Positions 38,273 through 50,259 of a stretch of 64,000 nt of DNA are shown here, piece after piece; position 1 is the stretch's first letter; each line of letters opens with the position of its first letter. The position numbers and the translations under genes were made by a program. Source of the stretch: Mobula hypostoma (lineage: Eukaryota); assembly GCF_963921235.1 (NCBI RefSeq), contig NC_086097.1:87112001-87176000 (forward strand), read 5' to 3'. Under the pieces are notes generated by a model, which made no database searches, was not told where the DNA came from, and saw only the letters and a program-made list of their open reading frames with translations.

Positions 38273-38630
38273 CATCTCTACCAAAGGAGATGTAGGGCAC
38301 TCTTTCCCTCCACTAGCCCACAGGTCACCCTTGGGGAAGGTGTAGCACCTGCTTAGCCCCTCTGGTCAGGGTCACTTGAAGTCACTGCAGCAGGTGGTGG
38401 ATGGTCGTATGAGCAGCTAGTGCGTATCGCAATTCCTGGTTATGCGACCACTGATGCCAGACAATCTCTGAAGAGTATTGTTAATGGCTGGGCTCACCTA
38501 TCTTGGAAAGTCACTGCCCAGAATAAGGCAATGGCAAATTACTTCTGTATAAGAATTTGCCAAGAACAATCATAGTCATGCAAAGACTGTGATCACCCAT
38601 GTCATACAACAGAGCACCTAACGAATGCAC
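38273..38630 (+). mobile_element. Non-autonomous element with RTE-like 3' end, copy 2
   Basis: Homologous to 25470-25845. Confidence 0.65.
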
Positions 38631-40214
38631 GACTTAGCTGAAGGAGGTACTGTCAGCGTTGGCTTGACTATTGATTATCTTAGATAATTGATGAACAAGG
38701 GGATGAAAAGTTATCCAGCGGAAACAAGAATGCAAATAAAGTTGCAATTAGATCATAATTTATGATCTAATTGCAGAGTAGAGCAGGCACAAAGGCCCAA
38801 ATGGTCTAAGCTTGCTCTTAATCTGTATGTTATGTGATAGAATGTTCACTCTAAGAAGTCAAAGAACTAATGTCCTCACCCAATAGCATTTGTATTTCTA
38901 GCCCTAAGATTTTTATTAAAGCACAGTTAACTTTGCGTTATTTTCAAAGCATTGCCTTTGAAATCAGGGAAAAGCTAACTGCTTTAACTGCTGGGTGTAG
39001 AAATTCAAAAATTTTCTTTGAAATTGGAATATGGATGCAGAGCTTAATGAGTTCTGAAGATGTTATGTTCAGTTTGATGGAATGTCAAGAGGTCTCTCTA
39101 ACTGATGCACAAAAATCCCTGATAGTGTACCGCTGTAAGTAAAGAATTTATTAAATCAGTGCTGTGCTAACTGGAGTTTTGACCTTTTCTGGCTACTAAT
39201 GAAGGGTTACTCTCAGTGTGTGAAGCTTTGGAGAGATTGGTCCAGCTATTTTTCAGCATGTGGAATCTAATGTGCACACTTGGCCAATAAAAGTAATTCT
39301 CAAAGGCCTTCTGCAAAATTCTACTCTAAATAAAGTCCAGGATGCCTTGTGTATAGAACAAGCCTGAAGTGCTTAGTACATTCAAAGGCCATCGCTGTGC
39401 TTTCGTGCCACTGCAGAGCAAGTTGAGTAAAACAGGTGGACTATTGGTTGTTTGTATTGTAGATCATGGTCATGGAGAAGGGAGGACTCAGGCTGTGAGT
39501 TGGAAGTAGTCTGAGGTGAAGTTTGGGTAGCTATAACCTTGAGGTTTGGAACAGGGTCTTGCAAATTAATGTGTTCAAGTCAAAATTGGTTCAGGTTGGG
39601 CTCAAGTAAGGATGAGTACAGTGTTAGTTGTGAGCAATGATTGTCACTTTAAGGATGTCATTCTTTAGGGTTTAAATCATGTTACTAACTGTCTGAATTG
39701 CTGCAGCTTGTAAAGCACCCTGCAATAAACTGCAGACACTTTGTTTAAGTCCTCGTGTTGAATGCAATGGGCTTTATCAAAGGATGTGAATGTACCAAGT
39801 GCACAACTTTTTTCAATGGGGTTGTTGTTTGGGTGATGTGAGGGATATGACTGTTACTTAAACTGGATCAATCTGCTTCTGGCTTCTGCCATCTACTCTC
39901 AATGGGCTGGTATTTGCTCAGGCTATCTCTAACAAGTAAAGCCTGTATTGTGAAACAAAATCAGAAAATGCTGGAAAATCTCAGGCTGGGACCTGAATTG
40001 TTAACTTTCTCTTTCCACAGATGCAGCCTAACCTGAGTGTTTCTAGTATTTTCTGTTTTAGCTTCAGATTTCCACTTTTCACTTGCAAGAACAAATATTT
40101 GCCACGCGTCTACACATTGTCTGTATATGGCTGGCTGCTATGATGCGCATATGTATGTCTCCATGTGTAAGACATCAACATTGCTAATAGTAAACATTGC
40201 CAATAGTGATAATT

Positions 40215-40310
40215 ATGTCCAGAAGAAGGGTCTTGGCCAGAAAACATCATTTGTTCACTTCCATCAATGTTGCCTGACCGGCTAAGTTCCTCCAGCATTT
40301 TGTGTGTTTT
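40215..40310 (+). repeat. Degraded half copy of the hammerhead-type repeat
   Basis: gtc-CAGAAGA-agggtcttggcca-GAAAAC-ATC...gttcctccagcattttgtgtgt. Confidence 0.6.
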
Positions 40311-40847
40311 GCAGTGAACACTGCACATTTTAACAACTGTAAGCAAGTCTCTGATTGCATTCCAAGGTCATTTTTTTCCAAAGAAAATAGAAATCTGGGC
40401 TACTATCTTTTTAATGTATCTATTTTAAAATTATCTTATACAATTGCCATAAGGTGACATAGGTATTCTGAATTTACTGCAGTGAAGTGGACGGTGAGAG
40501 AATCAGGAGTGCAGGTGTACCCAGTTTCCTGAGGCGTAACAGACTGAGAACCCCTATTCCCTTCCCTTGTTCCCCAGAAAGATTGTTAAAGATTCTTTCA
40601 CCTTCTGCCTAGGTAGACTTTAAGAGAAAGGACAGAAGGAGAAAGAACCTTGCTTATCAAAAGAACAATTCCTGATCCCTCATCATTTTAAAATTCACAT
40701 CCCTTCTCCAATCTTTCATTTGAAGCTCACACCAACACATTCACTCATCATTCTTGTGTCTGCTACCCAACAGTAGTCTTCAGTGGTAACCTTTGTTTTG
40801 AACTCCCTTCACGGGCTCACACTTGTGAATTAATGAGGCACTAGTGT

Positions 40848-41168
40848 GTGGGCACATGGCCAAGTGGTTAAGGTGTTCGACCAGCGATCTGAAGGTCGTG
40901 AGTTCGAGCCCCAGCCGAGGCATTGTGTTGTGTCCTTGAGCAAGGCACTTAATCACACAGTGCTCTGCGACCACACTGGTGCCAAGCTGTACGGGTCCTA
41001 ATGCCCTTCCCTTGGACAACATTGGTGTCGTGGAGAGGGGAGACTTGCAGCATGGGCAACTGCCAATCTTCCATACAACCTTGCCCAGGCCTGCGCCCTA
41101 GAGAGTGAAGACTTTCCAGGCGCAGATCCATAGTCTCACAAGACTAACAGATGCCTTTACTTACTTTA
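40848..41168 (+). mobile_element. tRNA-derived SINE, well preserved
   Basis: A-box tggccaagtgg, B-box gagttcgagcc, central gtgtccttgagcaaggcacttaa, (ttac)n-like tail. Confidence 0.8.
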
Positions 41169-41747
41169 CTGTACCCAAACACATCTGAGCTGCTTCAGTT
41201 CCTAGTCTCTAGAAAATCCTTAATTTTAATCAGTTTTCTATTGATATTTATGTTTTCACCAACCAAGACTCAGAGCTATGGAATATCCCTTGCTAAACCT
41301 TTCTTTTCACCTTGGATCTTCCTTAAAACCTTACTCTTTGACTAAGTTTTGGTCATCTCTACTCATATCTCCTGAGCATGTCGGCATCAAATTCCTTTTG
41401 ATGATATTCCTGTAAGGTACATCAGAATTTATCATTTTTGTATTAAAATCTCTATGCCATTCTGACAAATTGTTGTCAGAATTATCTGTAGCATGGAGGG
41501 CTTATCCATATGTCATTATGCTTAGCATTTCAGAAATTATGATTGTTACTTCATGCTTGTTCAATGTGATGAAATCTTCTGGATCACTTTAGCTGCAAAA
41601 CATTGATGTGAGAGCTTTTATTGTATTCTCATTATCTCCAGACCAAAGGATTTATTGATCTACCTTTATTTTCCTTATGTTTAAGTTGCAACAATTACAA
41701 AGGTGAGTGCACTTCTCAGCCTGCACTTTTCAGGAAAAGAAGTGAAA

Positions 41748-42440
41748 GATCAGAATCAGGTTTAACATCACTGCATACGTCATGATATTTTTAACTTAGT
41801 GGCAGCAGTATAATGCAATACCTGATAAATATAGAAAAAGAATAAAGGAATTATAGTAGGTATATATGTGTATATTAAATGGCTAAACTAAAAATAGTAG
41901 TACAAAAACAGAAATAACTTTTAAAAAGTGAGGTAGTATTCATGGGTCCAATGTCCATTTAGGAATCAGATGGCAGAGGGGAAGAAGCTGTTCCTGAATC
42001 GCTGAATGTGTGCCTTCAGGCTTCTGTACTTCCTTCCTGATGGTAACAGTGAGAAAAAGGCATGTACTGGGTGATGGGGGTCCTTAATAATGGACGTTGC
42101 CTTTCTGAGGCACCACTCCTCGAAGATGTCTTGGATACTATGGAGGCTAGTACCCATGAGGGAGCTGACTAATTTTACAATCTCCTGTAGCTTTTTTCAA
42201 TCCTGTGCAGTAGCCCCCTCCCATACCAAACAGTGATGCAGCCAATCAGAGTGCTCTGCACAGGACATCTGTAGAAGTTTTTGAGTGTTTTAGGTGACAA
42301 ACCAAATCTTGTCAAACTCCTAATGAAATATAGCTGTTGCCTTGCCTTCTTTATAACTGCAGGTTAGAATTTCAGAGATGTTGACACCCATGAACTTGAA
42401 ATTGCTCACTCTCTCCAATTCTGATCCCTCAATGAGGATT
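41748..42440 (-). mobile_element. Rex1/Babar LINE 3' fragment
   Basis: ORF 41966-42157 (IIKDPHHP...LPSGRKYRSL...RFRNSFFPSAI); atcagaatcagg tail. Confidence 0.85.
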
Positions 42441-42479
42441 ATCTCCAGATCAAACAATTAATTCATTTACCCTTATTTT

Positions 42480-42900
42480 CCTTATGGGTCTCAGAGGTGG
42501 CTTGAGAAAGTACACTCACCAATCACAACACACCCGTCCTTACCTACAATTCAACTCTATAGAGGAAGGTGCCACCCAGTTCTTCCTGGGCAGATGGTCA
42601 TGGAAAATAAGCATCTTGAGAAAGACACTCAAAGGTTCTCCAAAAGAAATGCCTGTGACATTTTTGAATGTCTGTGCTGTTGAGTCCTTACAAAACACCA
42701 GGGGGTATGTGCCAAATTTAAGAAGCAGCCAGGCACTGGTATATAAGGCAGGTGACAGATGCCTTATTTACCAGAGTTAACTTCCCCTTGACCTCCTTCC
42801 CCTTGGACTGTTGCCAGCTGAGCAATAAAATCTTCTTTCTCCACTTGCAAGTGCATTTATTGATGTCACTCACACAAGACCCATTCAGATCGGATTCATG
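42480..42900 (+). mobile_element. Probable solo LTR
   Basis: TATA (gtatataagg ~42739) followed ~85 bp later by AATAAA (~42824), a U3-R-U5 spacing; termini degenerate. Confidence 0.45.
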
Positions 42901-43729
42901 AATAGGAATACATGCCCAGCTGGTCTTTCACCACAGCCCCCAAATTATGCTGGTAGGTGGCTGCTGAATCACCCTTCTTTGCACTCATCTCATACTGAAC
43001 ATTCACTTTATTAGCCATTGAACAGAGGATTTTGGTGTACAAACCGTCATTTGCCCTAGAACCCTGGTCTACAAATGCTATGCCTGTTAAAATTTACAGC
43101 TTCCTTTTTTTTTTCCACTCACGTTTTGCAATCCTCTGGCTTTCACCGGCCACATCTTTGGCTTAGCTAATAACATTTCTTTCATTCCGGTCTGTTGTCA
43201 TTTATGACGATGTGTATTGTTTCCCCTACCACCTTCATTGAATTTCCAATACAGGACCAAATCTCACACTGTATTTTAAATGATTTAATAATGTCAGGAA
43301 TGTTCAGTTTGCCTAACCAAAATTCTAACATTATGATACTCCTGTCGGGTTTTAGCCACAGAGGTGGAAAATGTTTTTACACATTTCAAAATTTGTTTTC
43401 ATTTTTGCAATCACTTCAATCATCCACCCATCTACTGATTGTATTTTTTCAGTCTTCTTTCCTTGAGACAGCTTTCACTTCTGTCTTTAAATTAATCTTT
43501 GTAGTTGAACTCAATATTTCAACACTTTGTTGCTACATAAGGATAATGAACAAAGTCTTTTATTTGGATTGCTTTTGCCACTATTGCATCAAAATCTATA
43601 ATTGAAATGACTCTACAATAAGTATTGTTTAAATTACGTTTTAACTGTTAAACAGATTTACTGAACAGGTAAAGCCTTTCCCATCATTGAAGAAATCTAT
43701 ATGAAATGGTATTATAAAGAGTAAGACTT

Positions 43730-44480
43730 TGATGACAATTTTTCAAGATCTGGCTGAGTGGTGCCATAACAACAACCTTTTACTCAATGTCTCCAAGTGC
43801 TGATTATTCAGCACTTCAGGAGGAGGAAACCAGAGGTCCATTAGCCAGACCTCATCAGAGGATCAGAGTTGGAGAGGATCAACAACTTGAAAATCCTTGG
43901 TGTTATTATTTTGGAGGACCTATCCTGGCCCAGCACACAAATGCAATTATGAAGAAAGAGTGGCAGCACTTCTACTTCCTTAGGAGTTTGCAAAGATTCA
44001 GCATGACATCTAAAACTTTGACCAACTTCTATAGATGTGTATTGGAGAGTACATTGACTGGCTGCATCACAGACTGGTATGGAAACACCAATGCCCTTGA
44101 ATGGAAAATCCTCAAAAAGTAGTGGATACGGTCCAATTCATCACAGGTAAAGCCTTTCCCTCCATTCAGCAAATCTATATGAAACATTGTCGCAGGAAAG
44201 CAGCATCCATCATCAGGGGCCCCACCATCCAGGACATGCTCTCTTCTCTCTGCTGCCATCAGGAAGAAAATATAGGAACCTCGGGACTCACAACACCAGG
44301 TTCAGGAATAGTTATTACCTCTCAAATATCAGGCTCTTGAACCAAAGGTAATAATCTTTATGATTATTATTCTATCATGGATTTATTGTGTATGCCTGGA
44401 AGAAAATAAATCTCAGGGTTGAATATGGTGGCATATATGTACTTTGATAATACATTCACTGTGAACTTTGAACTTTGAAC
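43730..44480 (+). mobile_element. Rex1/Babar LINE 3' fragment
   Basis: [37 protein letters not shown]; (gaacttt)n tail. Confidence 0.85.
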
Positions 44481-45717
44481 CATTTACATTTAAAATTTTC
44501 ACAACATTATTCTTAGTTGTCCTCAGTTCCTTCCTTTTCTCTTCAATTTCAAGAATGATTTATTTTTAAAATTCTTTAGAAACCTTTGGTAGATATTTAA
44601 AAGCTTCTGATATATTCTTTAATTGGAAAGTCCAGACTAATAAATATTTGTAAAACAGTTGATATTTTATAATACAAAAACAAGTGGATGCTAATGATTC
44701 TAGGCACCCTGACTCTAGGAGAGTTACTTTGCACTCTGTCAGTGCTGGAAGCTTATTTTGTAGATACTCCCACAAAGGTGCTTAGGGATCCTGCCTGAAA
44801 TGTATGTTTGGTCTTCTGCTTATGCAAGTAAGGGTCCAACACTTGGATAAGGTTTTTTTTATAATATTCAAAAACTGACAGAACACTGCTTGCATCATAC
44901 AGATAAAGAGATCATTGTTCCAAAATATTTTACAGTGAAGTCAGTGAATTGATTTCTCGAATTGCTCTCAAAAAGCAAGATACACCTAGTGGAATCATGT
45001 GTTGGCTCCAGGTTAAATCCTAACGTTATATTTCCCCATATCTAACTCAATTGATGTTTGTACTATGGTCACTTACACCAGTGATTTACCTTTCGGCCCT
45101 GAGCATTGCAAACCATTTTCATGTGCTCCTTCACTGACCCATTAGTCCATGTACCATGCCCAAGTTCATGTAAGTGGAAGATTATTAGCTAATAAATTTT
45201 TATCACTGTCTGTTAATTCTGTAAAGGTGCTGAGTTAATCATACAGTGGTTTTTGTGTGGATTGACACTATCTCATGCACACAACCCAAAGCTGACTAGC
45301 TAGCCATCAAAAACACTATCATGGGAGGCCGAGAGTTGTTTCTGTTCTTAATCCAGGTTGGGATAATGCCATGTCATTAATGCTACTCTTCCTAAAACTT
45401 CAAGCCAAGTCCTTTACTATCTTTCTTCATCTGCCAGTACAATTCATGCACAATGCCCAAGCATCAGAGAGTGTTTTGCCATTTATCACTTCAATCAATT
45501 TCTCATTTGTTTCACAAAGAAAGTATCGTCATATAAAGCCAACTGTACTGGTAACAATGTACTTTATTGGTTCCTTTCCTTTGCTGACAGAGACACATTG
45601 ATGTTCATGGTTTACTGACAATCATACTACTTTATGTAGACTTGCACATGGAAGGTAAAGATAGATATTAGCTTTCTTTATATTGTACAGTCTATTAATT
45701 TAACTGATGATTCTTAC

Positions 45718-48700
45718 TGTTGTGTCTGTGCACAACTACATATCAATTAAATAAAAGCACGGACGTGGGAGACAGCTTTAGCTGGCGTATTCACATGGCA
45801 GCAGGAGAGAGGACAATGTGCATGCATAGACAACAGCGCATGCACAGAAAACAGATCAATATGTTCTGCTAAGGGTGGGGGTCGTTGCTGTAAAAAAAAA
45901 TAGATCCATAGATTACACTTCCTCCCTCTTCAGATTAGTGCCACATGAACTGTATTTGTGCAAAACATTCAATTTCTCTTTCATAAACCCATATTCCAAA
46001 TGAGCATGCTTTCACAATAACAGTCCATAACTAACTTTACAGTTCTAAAGATTCAGACTTTTGGGTGGTGCTCTGCTTGTTATAGGATAGTGCCTCTGTA
46101 CCTATGGAGTAGTATCAGGTTGGGTAGGTGTCTTGTCTGAGACAACGCTCTTGGTTTCCCGTGTCACGTTGCTGTCAGTGACATCATCACTGAGCGGTAA
46201 GTCCGGTGACTACAATGTATCCATCTTGTTGGATGCGGTTGACTCAAGTGCATTCTTTGGTTGAGCATCCAGAATCTAATCCACATGATGTCTCCATTAC
46301 TGATCTCCAACATCCACTGTGTATATCAGTGGTCCAGTTCTTGTAGCTATCCTACTGGGTGTCCACTTGACTGCTCGGTTATCAAGTGGTACGACTTCCT
46401 GTCCAATCTCGAAGCTTCTTGCTGCTTCACTTGGCAACTGATTGAACTGTTTATTCTGCACTTCCCTCTGTAGATCTGGTTTCAGGAGATTTATACAAGA
46501 TCTCAGATTCCTGTTCATGAACAGCATTGTAGGTGTTTGATTTGTCGTCACAAGAACAGAGTTCCAATACTCTAGAAGTTGTCCACTTTGGGCTGTTGAG
46601 AAATGTCCTCCTCGTCCATCGCTTTAATGGACTTCTTGAAGGTTTGGATAAACCTTTCAATTAACCCATTCATTGCTGGGTGGTGAGGAGCTGACTTGAA
46701 CTGTCTGATACCATTTTTCTTCATGAACAGTCAGAGTTCTTCTGACGTGTATTGTGGTCTGTTGCCACACTCACTGTATGTTCTGGTAAGCTGTTTCTAG
46801 TGAAAATAGTCCTCAGGGAGGAAACAGCCTTTGCTGAGATAGATGACTTCATTGGTATAACCTCCGGCCTCTTCGAATGAGCACCCACAGCAATCAGAAA
46901 CATGGAGTCCATGAATGGCCCAGCAAAGTCAATACATACTCTTTGCCATGATGACGATGCCCACTCCCATGGGTGTAATTGTGCCTGTGGGGGTGCAGTT
47001 TGAACTTTTTGGCAAGTTTCAGCCAAGCCTTCAATCTGTTTATCTATTCCCAGCCATCATATGTAGCTCCAGATGAGTAACTTCATCATGACTGTCCTCC
47101 ATGCAGGTTTTCTCTGGTGTGCTGTTTAGAGGGGACCACAATACGAGATCCACACGTCAGCATTCCGACATACAAAAGGTTGGCCTTGTCTTGCTGAGAA
47201 CTCTAGAAACATAGGGTTACAATGAGCTGGCCATCCTTGCATTGTGGTTTCATACTTTTGACAATGTTAGGTCATTCCTTGTTTCCCTTTGTATCTCAGA
47301 ATTTGTTACTGGCAACTGGTCCACTAATGCAGTGTGGAACACCTCTGCTGGGTCACAGTATGAAGACTTTTCTTCTTCAGTTGCCAACAGTGGAAGACAT
47401 GACAAGGCTGTGTTGCTTGGTACCCTTGAACTCTATGTCATAAGAGTGGCCTCCTAGGAGTAGTGCTCAACATTGTAACCGGGTAGCAGTCATCACTGGA
47501 ATTCCCTTCCTGGGATAGAAAATGGATGCAAGTGGCTGGTGGTCTGTCACTGGTGTAAGCTGTTGTCCAGAGAACTTCTTTATTCGCCATACTAGTCTAG
47601 GAGCCTTTTGGTCGACCCGTGGATTGTTGCATTCTGTGCTTGTCAGTGAACTTGAAGCAAGCGCAATTGGGTGTTCAGATTCACCTTTCATAATGTGTGA
47701 CAGAACAGCTCCAATGCCCTATGGGATGCATTGCATGCAGTCTGATGGGCAGGGATGAAAAAGAAGAAGAAGATAACAAGGTTGTTTGCTCAATTAAGGA
47801 TAATCAGAGAGTGGGAGGTGGAGAGTTTCTTAAATGCATCTATTTTAATGCTAGAAGCATTGTAAGAAAGGTGGATGAGCTTAGAGCATGGATAGATACC
47901 TGGAAATACGATGTTGTAGATATTAGTGAAACGTGGTTGCAGGAGGGGTGTGATTGACAACTAAATATTCCAGGATTTTGTTGCTTCAGGTGTGATAGAA
48001 TAGGAGGGGTAAGAGGGGGAGGTGTTACATTGCTTGTCAGAGATTATGTAACAGTGGTGCTCTGGCAGGATAGATTAGTGGACTCGTCTAGGGAGGCTAT
48101 TTGGGTGGAATTAAGGAATAGGAAAGGTGTTGTGACGCTTATAGGGGTGTATTATAGACCACCTAATGGGAACCGAGAACTGGAGGAGCAAATTTGTGCT
48201 TACTACAAATATCTGCTATCTCCTTACAAATTTGATCTGGATGATGGGGTGGTAAATTGGATTAGTAAGTATGCAGGTGATACTAAGATAGGTGGTGTTG
48301 TGGATGATGAGGTAGGTTTTCAAAACTTGCAGAGAGATTTAGGCCAGTTAGAAGGGTGGGCTGAAAGATGGCAGATGGAGTTTAATGCTGAAAAATGTGA
48401 GGTGCTACATTTTGGTAGAACTAATCAAAATAGGACATACATGGTAAATGGTAGGGCATTAAAGAATGCTTTAGAACAAAGGGATCTAGGAATAACGGTG
48501 CATAGTTCCCTGAAGATGGAATCTCATGTGGATAGGGTCGTGAAGAAAGCTTTTGGTTTGCTGGCCTTTATTAATCAGAGCATTGAGTATAGGAGTTGGG
48601 ATGTAATGTTGAATTTGTATAAGGCATTGGTAAGGTCAAATCTGGAGTATTGTGTACAGTTCTGGTCACCGAATTATAGGAAAGATGTCAACAAAATTGG

Positions 48701-50245
48701 GAGAGTACAGAGGAGGTTTACTAAAATGTTTCCTGGGTTTCATCTCCTAAGTTACAGAGAAAGGTTGAACAAGTTAGATCTTTATTCTTTGGAGCATAGA
48801 AGGTTGAGGGGGGCTTGATAGAGGTGTTTAAAATTATGAGGGGGATTGATAGAGTTGATGCGGTCAGACTTTTTCCATTGAGAGTGGGGAAGATTCAAAC
48901 AAGAGGACATGGGTTAAGAATTAGAGGAAAAAAATTTAGGGGTAACATGAAGGGGAACTTCTTTACTCAGAGAATGGTAGCTGTGTGGAATGAACTTCCA
49001 GCAGAAGTGGTTGAGGTAGGTTCTATGTTGTTGTTTAAAGTTAAATTGGATAGATATATGGACAGGAAAGGAATGGAGAGTTATGGGCTGAGTGCAGGTT
49101 GGTGGGACTAGGATAGGGTAAAAGTTCGGCACGAACTTGAAGGGCCAAGTTGGCCTGTTTCCGTGCTGTAATTGTTACATGGTTATATGGTTAATGGGTC
49201 ATATTGGGTGAGTAGTTCTTCTGATGTTATTAGTCTGTTTGTTTCCTTGAATGCTCTTTCACATTTTCTAACCATTCCCACTTTGCTCCTGTCTGTAACA
49301 GTACATTCACTGGATGCAGCAGTGTCGCAATGTCTGCACGAAATCGGTGGGAGTAGTTTACAAGGCTCAAGAATGACCTGAGTTGTGACACGTTTTCTGG
49401 TTTGGGTGTCTGTAATATTGCTTCAATCTTCTCTTGTGACTTTGTAAGCCATGCTTGTCAATGACATGTCCACAATATGAGATTTTATACTTGAAAAACT
49501 CACTTTTCTCTCTCTTTGCACACAGACCATACTCACTTTGCCTGGTAAGCACTTTACCAAGGTCTGGAGGTGCTCTTCATCATTCTTGCCAGTGACAACG
49601 ATGTCATCAAGGTAACACTGTGTTCCTGGGATATCCTGAGAGCACTTGGTCTATTGCTCTTTGCCAAACTGCTGGAGCTGATGCAACGCCAAAGACGAGA
49701 CAATTATACTGGAACAGTCTCTCATTAGTGCTGATTGTGTGGAACTTCCTGCTTGACTGCTTAATCTCCATTTGCAGATAAAATTGTGACAAGTCAATCC
49801 TTGATAACCTCTCCCTACCTGCCAAAGATGCAAAAATGTCTTCTATTCGTGGCAGGGGATACTGCACAGTACGCAGCATTGTGTTGATGCTCATGTTGAA
49901 ACCCCCACATATGCCTTCCCTTTCTTGACCACCAGGAAAATGGGCATTTTCCCAATTGCTCCACTCAACCTTGGAGAGATTTCCAGATGCCTCCAAGCTC
50001 TGCAGTTCAGCATCCACATTAGGACGTAGTGCGTAAGACACTGGATGCATTTTGTGGAATCTTGGTGTTGCTACTTCGTTCAATTCAATTCTTCATGCCT
50101 TTGAGTTTACCAATCCCCTTCTCAAACACCTTCTCATTAGCATAAGCAGCTGTGACAGTCTCTGGTTAGTGCTACCATTTGGGCCGCCATTTCCTGTTGA
50201 TGCCACACTGAGAGCTTTGATAAAGTATCAGTCTAGTTAGATTTT
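45718..50245 (-). mobile_element. Ty3/Gypsy retrotransposon (K02A2.6-like) pol and 3' LTR; 5' part missing
   Basis: 3' LTR 45718-45917 with PPT AAGAGGGAGGAAG (45918-45930); integrase (WQRVCIDFAGPF); RNase H (PIALAS, TDHQPL); RT (YPLPRIEDIFA, FGVASAP, YLDD). Confidence 0.88.
47742..49195 (+). mobile_element. CR1-type LINE with large internal deletion, inserted in Gypsy pol
   Basis: APE N-terminus (YFNARSI, GVYYRPPN) joined to late RT (ISKYAGDTKIGG) and a complete 3' end. Confidence 0.9.
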
Positions 50246-50259
50246 TCTACCTGACTTGC

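Noticed and set aside
39073..39139. Candidate 61-nt exon (ag...gtaagt; LMECQEVSLTDAQKSLIVYR)
   Set aside because: Weak polypyrimidine tract and no recognised homology; needs RNA-seq or conservation evidence.
40848..40925. tRNA gene
   Set aside because: A and B boxes are present but there is no full cloverleaf, and it continues into a SINE body and tail.
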